DNA from: Gammaproteobacteria bacterium
GTDB taxonomy: Bacteria; Pseudomonadota; Gammaproteobacteria; JADZEE01
Reading direction: 5' to 3'
Length of the DNA: 24,000 nt
NCBI GenBank assembly: GCA_020850735.1
Contig: JADZEE010000027.1
Location: 1 to 24,000, forward strand
Shown one piece after another: positions 8,351-14,927 of this stretch (position 1 is its first letter; every line of letters starts with the position of its first letter). The notes below the pieces were generated by a model. The model saw nothing but the letters and a program-made list of their open reading frames with translations. It searched no databases and had not been told where the DNA came from. Position numbers and translations under genes: made by a program.

Positions 8351-8505
8351 TCTCGGCCGTACTGCCGAAGCGCGGGACGGCGACCGAACGTCGTAGTTGT
8401 GGCCGGTGCTGCGTTGCCAGGCCTGAATTCCCACCCGACTGTTAGCATTGCTAACGGCCAGCCAGTCATGCCATGAATGCGGAGTAAGTTGCTACGGAAC
8501 TTTCT

Positions 8506-8847
8506 TCATAGTTCGAGGATCACACTGTCAACCGCAAGAGGTCGGCATTCGTTGAACGACCATCTCGCACACAGTGCGCCCAGGCATTCACCGAAGACAT
8601 CACTGGACGCACCTGCACGATCTTGAATTTCGTTGGCTGTGTCAGCCCGCTTGATGCTCGTTACGCATCGCCCACGCTCGAAAGAGCGCCCGAAACCGGC
8701 CTCATCTCCTGAAAGCCGGTGGCCGCAAGGCTCGGAGGTATCCGTAAGCAACCGCCTCTCGGGGCGCTCAGCAATGCGCATGACGCAATAGTTCGCGTTC
8801 CTGCCGCAGTTCGTAAGTGGCGCCAGCAAGCGGAATTCCGTTTGCAT
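8506..8847 (-). CDS. Possible Cys-rich hypothetical protein or degraded gene (very uncertain)
   Basis: Internal ATG (8847) of the listed ORF 8506..9018, with GAGG 9 nt upstream. Third-position GC looks moderately coding-like. No recognisable family. The upstream part of the listed ORF is Ala/Arg/Trp-rich and unconvincing. Confidence 0.15.
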   Translation of the reverse strand: MQTEFRLLAPLTNCGRNANYCVMRIAERPERRLLTDTSEPCGHRLSGDEAGFGRSFERGRCVTSIKRADTANEIQDRAGASSDVFGECLGALCARWSFNECRPLAVDSVILEL

Positions 8848-9048
8848 CGGCGTCAACCTCGAGCGGGGTTTCTCTCCGTTCTCAGTCTGTACCGCTGCCC
8901 CTGCTGAACGCTTGGTGCGCCAACCGCGCGTCCATGCGTAAGGCTCGCGGGCGGACCCCTGCCAGCACGCCGCGACGGCCTTGGCCGCCGCAATCCCTGC
9001 GCCAACATGTGTCCGCACTCCTGCGGCAATCCGTGGCTGCGCCAGCCG

Positions 9049-9191
9049 GCGTCGTCACTGGCGGCTTGCTGCTAGTGACGACGCGCCATATGCCTCAGTC
9101 ATCAACGAGTTATAGGGTGCTGGCGCAAGTGACGACCCCTCGCGATGCGCTCTTCTGGCGCATCGCACCGTAACAACCGCGCAATGCGGTT
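9049..9191. repeat. Cluster of GC-rich inverted repeats plus a reiterated 9-mer in a non-coding region
   Basis: Perfect 11-bp inverted repeat GCGTCGTCACT (9049-9059) / AGTGACGACGC (9074-9084) with a 14-nt spacer. The 9-mer AGTGACGAC recurs in direct orientation at 9128-9136. Perfect 9-bp inverted repeat GCGATGCGC (9142-9150) / GCGCATCGC (9158-9166) with a 7-nt loop. 6-bp inverted repeat AACCGC/GCGGTT (9175-9191). Confidence 0.6.
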
Positions 9192-9482
9192 CGTCCATCG
9201 GCCCGTTCCTCGACGGGCATCGTTCCACGTCGCGCGCAATCCGCGCACCCCTGAGCCTTGGGTGATGGCTCATCTCGAAGGATCGACTTCCAACAGGAAG
9301 CGGCCTCGATGCCAATGCCACGTGTCGGGCAGGCAAGCAGCAAAAACTACGGCACAAAACGGGAGTGGTGTCCCGGGTCCCTCGAAGTACTCGTCCTGCC
9401 CAGGCAGGCGAGACGGACAGAAACACTAACCGGACATGCGGCACGCACCAGGGGCAATTGAGCAACGAACGAAGAGGACGCG

Positions 9483-10349
9483 ATGAGAGACCTGAACTAC
9501 GAACTGAAGCAACTCTGCCTGCGCAACCGCGACGGCAGCTTTTCCACGCAGTACGCGCGCGAGCGCATTCTGACCATGATCGCCAATCAGTTGCACGAGA
9601 TGGGCTTCCATCACATGCAGGCGGCGAGCCTGAAGCCTAAGCATGTCGAGGCACTGGTCGAGCGCTGGAAGGCGGAATCCCTTTCCGCCGGCACGATCAA
9701 GAACCGGATGACCGAGCTGCGCTGGTGGGCCGAGAAAGTGGCCAAACAGAATGTGCTGGCTCGCGCCAACGAATTCTACGGCATCCCGCGACGGAATTAT
9801 GTGACCAATGTCAGCCGGTCACGGGTGCTCACCACCGGGGACCTGGAGAAGCTCACCGATCCCTGGACGCGCATGTCGCTCAAGTTGCAGGCGGCCTTCG
9901 GTTTGCGGCGGGAGGAGTCGATCAAGATCCGGCCCGAGTGGGCCGACCGCGGCGACCGGCTCGCGCTCAAGGCGAGCTGGACCAAGGGTGGGAGGGAGCG
10001 CGAGATTCCGATTCGCACGGCAGAGCAGCGCCTAGTACTCGACGAAGCCAAGCAGCTCGCGGTCCGCGGAAGCCTGATCCCAAAGGCGTCGAGCTACGTC
10101 CAGCAGTTGCAGCGATTCAAGGCGCAGTGCATGGCGGCGGGAATTCAGCACGTGCACGGCCACCGCCACCAGTACGCGCAGGATCGCTACCGCGTACTGA
10201 CCGGCTGGGCCTGTCCCGCGCAAGGCGGGCCGACCTCGAAGCAGCTCACCTACGAGCAGAAAGCTATCGATCGCCAGGCCCGTCTCGCGATCAGCGCGGA
10301 GCTGGGCCACGGTCGCGAAAGAATCACATCGGTCTATCTCGGCCGGTAG
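9483..10349 (+). CDS. Tyrosine recombinase/integrase-family protein (plasmid/ICE-type 'integrase domain-containing protein')
   Basis: 288 aa. ATG 9483 is preceded by GAAGAGGA. N-terminal SAM-like region 'LKPKHVEALVERWKAESLSAGTIKNRMTELRWW'. Catalytic-type residues in order: 'GLRREES' (R), 'HGHRHQYAQ' (HxxR), 'LGHGRERITSVYLG' (H...Y). Confidence 0.8.
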   Translation: MRDLNYELKQLCLRNRDGSFSTQYARERILTMIANQLHEMGFHHMQAASLKPKHVEALVERWKAESLSAGTIKNRMTELRWWAEKVAKQNVLARANEFYGIPRRNYVTNVSRSRVLTTGDLEKLTDPWTRMSLKLQAAFGLRREESIKIRPEWADRGDRLALKASWTKGGREREIPIRTAEQRLVLDEAKQLAVRGSLIPKASSYVQQLQRFKAQCMAAGIQHVHGHRHQYAQDRYRVLTGWACPAQGGPTSKQLTYEQKAIDRQARLAISAELGHGRERITSVYLGR

Positions 10350-10437
10350 CGGATTCTGACGGCGGCAATCGAACGCGGACGACGATGCTGTTAGCAGTGT
10401 TGACACGCCGCATTGACGTGAAATTGGAACCGCCGGC

Positions 10438-10740
10438 ATGCGCACACGCCTGAACGCGCCGCGGAACGACTCCGGTCGCGAATCGGAGGTGCTGACCTTC
10501 AGCGCGCTGCTGGTGGTGCTTGGCCGTCGGTCCCGGCAGTCGATCTACGATCTGATGCGGCGGGACCCATCGTTCCCTCGACCGCGACAGCTCGGCAGTG
10601 AGTTCTCCATCGGCTGGCTGCGGGCCGAGGTGATGCAGTGGTTGCATTCTCGGCCGCTCGTCGAACTGAACGGGCTCGATGCGGTGGAACGGCGGAGGCG
10701 GGCGCGAGGAACGAGGGCGGCAGGGGTGGCCGGGAAGTAG
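10438..10740 (+). CDS. AlpA-family (prophage CP4-57-type) helix-turn-helix regulator / excisionase-like protein
   Basis: 100 aa. 'LTFSALLVVLGRRSRQSIYDLMRRDPSFPRPRQLGSEFSIGWLRAEVMQWL' fits the AlpA pattern (l..El...lG.SrstiY.l...g.FP.P..lG.r...W...EV..Wl). It lies next to the recombinase gene. No strong SD at ATG 10438. Confidence 0.72.
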   Translation: MRTRLNAPRNDSGRESEVLTFSALLVVLGRRSRQSIYDLMRRDPSFPRPRQLGSEFSIGWLRAEVMQWLHSRPLVELNGLDAVERRRRARGTRAAGVAGK

Positions 10741-10770
10741 TCAGGCGAGCCCGTCGCCCCAGCCGCGCTT

Positions 10771-10852
10771 CCCCTTCTATTGGAACGCGCGTAATATGTA
10801 CACGATTCTGCACGTTTAACGCGCCACTATTTTTCGCCCCAGGAGGCTTGCA
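10771..10852 (+). promoter_or_regulatory. Putative promoter/operator of the antitoxin-toxin operon
   Basis: The only clearly AT-rich stretch upstream of the antitoxin gene. Good -10 candidate TAATAT (10792-10797) with a weak -35 TTCCCC 17 bp upstream. Palindrome TGTACA (10797-10802) and the related TGCACG (10809-14) are 12 bp apart centre-to-centre, reminiscent of TGTACA-core operators described for yefM-yoeB (from memory). AGGAGG lies 7 nt before ATG 10853. Confidence 0.3.
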
Positions 10853-11143
10853 ATGGGAATCTCCACCAACGACGTTATTCCGCTGTCGCAGGCCCGCGCC
10901 AACTTTTCGGAGCTGGCTGAGGAGGTCAAGGCCGGCGCCGAGAAGATCATCACCAAGAACGGCGAGAGCTACGTGGCGCTGATCGACGCGGAGCGGTTGG
11001 ACCATTACCACCGGCTGGAGCGCGAACGCATTCACTTGCTGTTGATCGATGAGGCGGGCAAGGGGCTCGACGATGTCGCCGCCGGCCGCGTGAAGGATGC
11101 CCGCGGCACAATCCAGTCGATCAAGCGCCGCCGCAGCGCGTAA
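10853..11143 (+). CDS. Phd/YefM-family type II antitoxin
   Basis: 96 aa. 'ISTNDVIPLSQARANFSELAEEVKAGAEKIITKNGESYVALIDAERLDHY' is the canonical Phd/YefM N-terminal fold sequence. Strong SD. A toxin gene follows 20 nt downstream. Confidence 0.85.
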   Translation: MGISTNDVIPLSQARANFSELAEEVKAGAEKIITKNGESYVALIDAERLDHYHRLERERIHLLLIDEAGKGLDDVAAGRVKDARGTIQSIKRRRSA

Positions 11144-11162
11144 GACGGTCGGAGCGGTCCCG

Positions 11163-11570
11163 ATGGCGAGGAAGCCTGTCGTCCGGCTCACCGCGAACTT
11201 CGAGAGCAACCTCGCCGACATCGAGCGTTTTCTGACCGAGGCTGAAGCGCGCAAAGCTTACGACGCGCTGCTCGACGAACTGCTGGACACCGTGATTCCG
11301 AACCTCGAACGGTTTCCCGGCATTGGACGGCCGTTCCTCGCGCATCCGGCGCGCTCGGTCGAAACCTCGAATGCGCTGGACGCATTGCGCGCGAAGTTAT
11401 CGGCGCTGACTCCGGACCCGGAAGCACTGCGCGAATACATCCTCGACCACTATCTGGTGCTGTACGCGCAGATTGACGCGAATCTCTATCTGCTGGCGAT
11501 CAGGCATCACCGCCAACTGTCGTTCGATTTCCAGTCGCACTGGGGCGGGACTTCGTCGATGCCAAAGTGA
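11163..11570 (+). CDS. ParE/RelE-family type II toxin (with an internal insertion)
   Basis: Internal ATG (11163) of the listed ORF 11097..11570, 135 aa. 'LADIERFL...NLERFPGIGRP' and C-terminal 'YLVLYAQIDANLYLLAIRHHRQL' match the ParE/RelE pattern (..rfP..Gr......y.i.Y......i.il.i.H.r). It sits directly after a Phd/YefM antitoxin. It is longer than typical toxins because of a ~30-aa insert (ARSVETSNALDALRAKLSALTPDPEAL). Confidence 0.75.
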   Translation: MARKPVVRLTANFESNLADIERFLTEAEARKAYDALLDELLDTVIPNLERFPGIGRPFLAHPARSVETSNALDALRAKLSALTPDPEALREYILDHYLVLYAQIDANLYLLAIRHHRQLSFDFQSHWGGTSSMPK

Positions 11571-11577
11571 GATCGAA

Positions 11578-11604
11578 CGCTGCCCGGTTCGCAGCGAATT
11601 TTCC
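11578..11604 (+). terminator. Candidate rho-independent terminator after the TA operon
   Basis: Stem CGCTGC (11578-83) / GCAGCG (11591-96) with a 7-nt loop, followed by AATTTTCC. The stem and T-tract are both short, so this is weak. Confidence 0.3.
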
Positions 11605-11764
11605 GGTTCAGTGTAGGTCGCGGTATAGGTCGTTGCTTCAACCGCCCGGAAACCCAATGAATTCGCGGGCTTTACGCCCATGCATCACGGGCGTATGGCG
11701 GGCGGGCGGGCCCGTCGTCGCGTTCATGGTCGCGATCTTACGGGCACGGGGCCGGTGCCTGAAA

Positions 11765-12604
11765 TTACGGAGTTTCGCGGAAGGCCGGCGACTGCATGCG
11801 CACGATGGCCATCGCGTTCAGCGGGATGCGGGGATTCGGCTGGGCGTATAAGCAGCGGTCGGGCATCGGCAGCGTGCCACCAGTGGCGCGGGCCGCGAAG
11901 TAGTCCTCGACCTGCGCGCGCCATTCGCCTTCCGGCGCCTGCGGATTCAAGCCGGCGGCGTACAGGCGCAGCAGCGTCGCGATGGTGTTGTTCACCAGCG
12001 GGACGTACATGGGGTAGCAATAGGTCACGCGGATCTTCAGCAGGTTGGCGTCCTGGATGCTCACACCGCCCTTCACCGTGGCCGGGCGGTACATCAGGTT
12101 GTCGTTCGGGATCTCGTATCCGCCGCTGACGTCGACACCGTGATTCGATGTCTGGAAGTGCTCCGGGCGCGGATTGAGGATCTCGATGTCGACCCACGTG
12201 TCATTGGTGGCGCCAGCGGGGATCACGGGTCCCGGGGGGGGATCGCCGCCGGCCTGGCAGGCGTACTCGTCGCCGCCGTACAGCTCGGTGCGAACCACGC
12301 AGCGGGCGCGGCGGACGCCGTCCGCCGTGTCGTCGTGCGTGAACAGCGGCGCGAGGCCGCGAACGAAACCGTTCTCGATGAAATTCATGCGCGCGTTGTT
12401 CAGCGATCCGGAGCGGGCGGCTTCGAACGCGGCGTAGTTCAGGGTGATCTTGGCGTGATAGATGAGTGCGAACTGCAGGGCGCCGAACACGAGCAGCAGC
12501 AGGACCGAGCCGACGATCACGCTTTCGACCATGGCTTGGCCCCGTTGTCGCGACCGCTGCACGAAACGGTACCGCATGGACGGAATTCTAGCAGGGCGGC
12601 TCAC
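11765..12604 (-). CDS. TadE/TadG-like pseudopilin (Flp pilus assembly)
   Basis: 279 aa. Leader plus hydrophobic segment 'QRGQAMVESVIVGSVLLLLVFGALQFALIY' (G-x4-E prepilin-like junction and TadE-like helix). GTG 12604 overlaps the upstream stop (GTGA); an alternative ATG lies at 12577. Last gene of the tad operon. Confidence 0.7.
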   Translation of the reverse strand: MSRPARIPSMRYRFVQRSRQRGQAMVESVIVGSVLLLLVFGALQFALIYHAKITLNYAAFEAARSGSLNNARMNFIENGFVRGLAPLFTHDDTADGVRRARCVVRTELYGGDEYACQAGGDPPPGPVIPAGATNDTWVDIEILNPRPEHFQTSNHGVDVSGGYEIPNDNLMYRPATVKGGVSIQDANLLKIRVTYCYPMYVPLVNNTIATLLRLYAAGLNPQAPEGEWRAQVEDYFAARATGGTLPMPDRCLYAQPNPRIPLNAMAIVRMQSPAFRETP

Positions 12605-13674
12605 GGCTCACCGCCGTTTTCGCCGTTGCGCGTGACCTCGTCCTCACCAGGGCCACTGGTCGCGGTGGCGGCGGCAGGCCCGGATTCCGGCGCATCCGTC
12701 CCGGTATCGGCGTCATCGCCGGCCGTGGCATCGTCCTCCGCGGCGCCGGTCGTGCCTGTGTCCTCGACGATACCGCCGGTCGTGACCTCGTCCGCGATCG
12801 TGCCGGCGCTCACAGCGGTGGCGGCAGGCCCGGGTTCCGTCACCGCCGGGTCGTCCGGCGCGGGTGCGGGCGGCGGCGCGTCCGCTCCGGTATCGCCGCC
12901 GTCGCCGGCCGTGGCATCGTCCTCCGCGGCGCCGGTCGTGCCTGTGTCCTCGACGATACCGCCGGTCGTGACCTCGTCCGCGATCGTGCCGGTGCTCACA
13001 GCGGTGGCGGCAGGCCCGGGTTCCGTCACCGCCGGATCGTCCGGCGCGGGTGAGGGCGACGGTGCGCCCGTCCCGGTGTCGCCAGCCGCAGCCGGTACGG
13101 TTGCCGCCCCGTCACCCGCGCTGTCGTCGGCCGCGGTCGCCGGCACGACCTCGAGCGGGGACGGCGCGGCCTGCGGCGGCGATGCCGGCGGGTTGCCGGC
13201 AGCGGTCTGATCGCCGCCTTCCAGCAGCGCGGCGACGCCGCCGAGCAGGGACCTGGCACGGTCGCGCAGGGGATCGTTCGCCGACGCGAACTGATCCATC
13301 TGCGCGAAAGTGGCCGCCGCCTCGCGCAACTGCACCACGCCCATGTTGTGCCAGGCCTTGCTCATGCCGGGTTCACGCAGCACGGCTTCCCGGTAGGCGG
13401 CGACGGCCTCGGCCGGCCGGCCGAGGCGCGCGTAGACATTCCCCAGCCGGAACCAGGATTCAGTGACCCGCGGCGCGCGCTCGGTGAGCGTCTTGTAAGC
13501 GGCGGCGGCCTGGTTCCAGTCGCCGCCGTCGTAGGCGGCCGCCGCGCTGCGCTCGATGGCGTACAGATCCCCCTTCGGCGTGTCCGGGCGCGTCACGTCC
13601 TCGAGGCTGCAGCCGGCCAGCCAGGCCAGCGCGATCATCAACGCCGGCGTCGCGATCCTCGTCCGGCGGGCCAC
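12601..13674 (-). CDS. TPR-repeat lipoprotein (TadD-like) with an acidic repeat-containing C-terminal tail
   Basis: Start proposed at GTG 13674 (GGGAGA 9 nt upstream, 1 nt after the DUF192 stop) rather than the listed 13728. Lipobox 'LAWLAGC' follows the basic n-region 'ARRTR'. TPR-like segment 'WNQAAAAYKTLTERAPRVTESWFRLGNVYARLGRPAEAVAAYREAVLREPGMSKAWHNMG'. The C-terminal ~190 aa are a T/G/D/A/E-rich tandem repeat. Confidence 0.75.
   Translation of the reverse strand: MARRTRIATPALMIALAWLAGCSLEDVTRPDTPKGDLYAIERSAAAAYDGGDWNQAAAAYKTLTERAPRVTESWFRLGNVYARLGRPAEAVAAYREAVLREPGMSKAWHNMGVVQLREAAATFAQMDQFASANDPLRDRARSLLGGVAALLEGGDQTAAGNPPASPPQAAPSPLEVVPATAADDSAGDGAATVPAAAGDTGTGAPSPSPAPDDPAVTEPGPAATAVSTGTIADEVTTGGIVEDTGTTGAAEDDATAGDGGDTGADAPPPAPAPDDPAVTEPGPAATAVSAGTIADEVTTGGIVEDTGTTGAAEDDATAGDDADTGTDAPESGPAAATATSGPGEDEVTRNGENGGEP
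12668..13050. repeat. 186-bp (62-codon) near-perfect tandem repeat inside the TadD-like gene
   Basis: The landmark 'ggcaggcccgg' recurs at 12673, 12823 and 13009. Units 2 and 3 are 186 bp apart, and the first unit is 36 bp shorter. A ~140-nt block (from about 12718 and about 12904) is identical apart from 2 mismatches seen by eye. It encodes PAPDDPAVTEPGPAATAVS(T/A)GTIADEVTTGGIVEDTGTTGAAEDDATAGD. Confidence 0.85.
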
Positions 13675-13675
13675 G

Positions 13676-14029
13676 TCAGCAGGTCTCCCACACGAGCGTG
13701 TCACCCACGGCGAGCGCCAAGGCCGCATTCGCGCCCGGGGCGAGCTCCAGAGTCATCGACGCGGCCAGGCAGGCTGACAGGCGGGCCGGCGCGAGCTCGC
13801 GCACGAGCTTGACCACCGCCCAGGCCGTGTCGAGGTACACCAGGTCGATCGCGCCGCGCATGCCGAAGGTGTGCACGCAGCGGCAGCGATCGATGAGCAG
13901 CCCCGTTCCCGGAGCCAGGGGAGGACGCCCGAGCAGCCCGCGCATGCGTTCCCACGCGGTCGTCGTCAGCGAAACATCGCCGAGCAGGGTGGAATGATCT
14001 TTCTTGCGGCGCAGGCGGCCGGCGATCAC
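13676..14029 (-). CDS. DUF192 (COG1430)-family protein embedded in the tad operon
   Basis: Only the last 117 codons of the listed 400-aa ORF 13676..14878 are credible. GTG 14029 overlaps the tadC stop (GTGA). 'AWERMRGLLGRPPLAPGTGLLIDRCRCVHTFGMRGAIDLVYLDTAWAVVKLVRELAP...LELAPG' fits the DUF192 pattern (er..GLmgr..l....gml......vhtfgM...iDvvflD..g.Vv). Confidence 0.7.
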   Translation of the reverse strand: MIAGRLRRKKDHSTLLGDVSLTTTAWERMRGLLGRPPLAPGTGLLIDRCRCVHTFGMRGAIDLVYLDTAWAVVKLVRELAPARLSACLAASMTLELAPGANAALALAVGDTLVWETC

Positions 14030-14922
14030 AACGTACCTTCGGCCATGAACTTCATCACGATGGGAAATCCGAGCACCACGAAGGTGACCGGGAAGATGAA
14101 AACGATGAGCGGGAACACGAGCTTCACGGGTGCTTCCATCGCCACCTTTTCCGCGCGCGTGAAGCGTTCGTTGCGACGCTGCTCGGCCTGCACCCGCAGC
14201 ACGGCCGCGAGGCTCGAACCCATACGTTCGGCCTGGATCATCGACGTGACGAAGCTGGTGACCTCGGGGATGTCGAGGCGCTCGGCCATGCGCCGCAGCG
14301 AATCGGCACGGCTCAGGCCCGAACGCAGATCGCGCAGCACGATACCGAACTCGTTGCGCAGCGGTCCCGGCGGCGCCTTTTCCATCGCCTGGGCGAGTCC
14401 CCCCTGCAGGTTCAGGCCCGCCTCCACCGCCATGGTGATGAAGTCCAGGTACACCGGCATGGCGCGCACTACGGCCAGCTCGCGCTTGCGCCGCGTGTCG
14501 CGCAGCCACAGCGTCGGGAACAGAAAGCCCAGGAAGGGCGCGAGTATGTGCACCACGGGCGGGATGTTGACCGGCAGGGCGACGTCCATGTACAGCGACA
14601 GCACCAGGAAGAAGATGGCGGACAGGATCCGCAGCCCGATGAACTGCTCCGCGGTCACCATGTAACTGACGCCCGTCTTCTGCAGCTTGTCTTCCGTGCT
14701 CTCGAGGTATTCGTAGGGCAGAAACTGCACGAAGAAATGGGCGATGATCCGCACCAGCGGCCAAATGGGTCTCATCAGCGGCGGAATCGGATCCATGAAC
14801 GAGCGGTCCTCGTCCTCCACCATCCCGTGCAGCAGGTGGATGGTCATGAGGAAGCAGAATACGCTCAGCCCGGTGCACAGCGCGCTGACCTCGAACATAC
14901 GGTTGACGAGAAATTCCTGCAT
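14026..14922 (-). CDS. tadC: Flp pilus assembly inner-membrane platform protein TadC (T2SS F family)
   Basis: 298 aa polytopic membrane protein. T2SSF-like cytoplasmic domain 'LPVYLDFITMAVEAGLNLQGGLAQAMEK...LRNEFGIVLRDLRSGLSRADSLRRMAERL'. It is the second platform gene after the ATPase. Confidence 0.85.
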   Translation of the reverse strand: MQEFLVNRMFEVSALCTGLSVFCFLMTIHLLHGMVEDEDRSFMDPIPPLMRPIWPLVRIIAHFFVQFLPYEYLESTEDKLQKTGVSYMVTAEQFIGLRILSAIFFLVLSLYMDVALPVNIPPVVHILAPFLGFLFPTLWLRDTRRKRELAVVRAMPVYLDFITMAVEAGLNLQGGLAQAMEKAPPGPLRNEFGIVLRDLRSGLSRADSLRRMAERLDIPEVTSFVTSMIQAERMGSSLAAVLRVQAEQRRNERFTRAEKVAMEAPVKLVFPLIVFIFPVTFVVLGFPIVMKFMAEGTL

Positions 14923-14927
14923 GGCGG

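Noticed and set aside
8441-8455. Palindrome GTTAGC-ATT-GCTAAC as the terminator of the pAgo-nuclease operon
   Set aside because: The stem is only 6 bp with a 3-nt loop, there is no following T-tract, and it lies ~90 nt past the stop. It is not convincing as an intrinsic terminator.
9055-9640. Several 60-140-aa ORFs on both strands in the spacer and across the recombinase start
   Set aside because: They are Arg/Pro/Ser/Cys-rich and mutually overlapping, with no SD or start context and no motifs. Treated as non-coding.
10499-11254. 251-aa minus-strand ORF
   Set aside because: It is antisense to the AlpA-like, antitoxin and toxin genes, all of which have family-typical sequences. Ala/Arg-rich shadow ORF.
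8351-11764. A tRNA or tmRNA gene as the island integration site
   Set aside because: I scanned by eye for GGTTCGA-type T-arms with a matching acceptor stem in the two non-coding stretches. Only isolated GGTTCG strings were found (about 9188 and 11586), without cloverleaf context. A tRNAscan or ARAGORN run would be the proper check.
11680-12197. 149-aa (+) and 157-aa (-) ORFs overlapping the 3' part of the TadE-like gene
   Set aside because: They are off-frame or antisense to the 279-aa TadE-like ORF, Arg/Pro-rich, with no support.
12668-13050. Possible CRISPR array or other non-coding repeat array
   Set aside because: The repeats are directly tandem with no unique spacers. The 186-bp unit is far longer than a CRISPR repeat, is in-frame and sits inside a coding gene. 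No cas genes are present.
12140-13210. 356-aa + strand ORF with internal repeats
   Set aside because: It is antisense to the TadE-like and TadD-like genes. Its repeats merely mirror the 186-bp tandem repeat. The minus strand has a lipobox, TPR motifs and operon context.
14030-14878. N-terminal ~280 aa of the listed 400-aa ORF 13676..14878
   Set aside because: It is off-frame overlap with tadC (Arg/Gly/His/Pro-rich). Only the last 117 codons, the DUF192 core starting at the GTGA junction, are credible.
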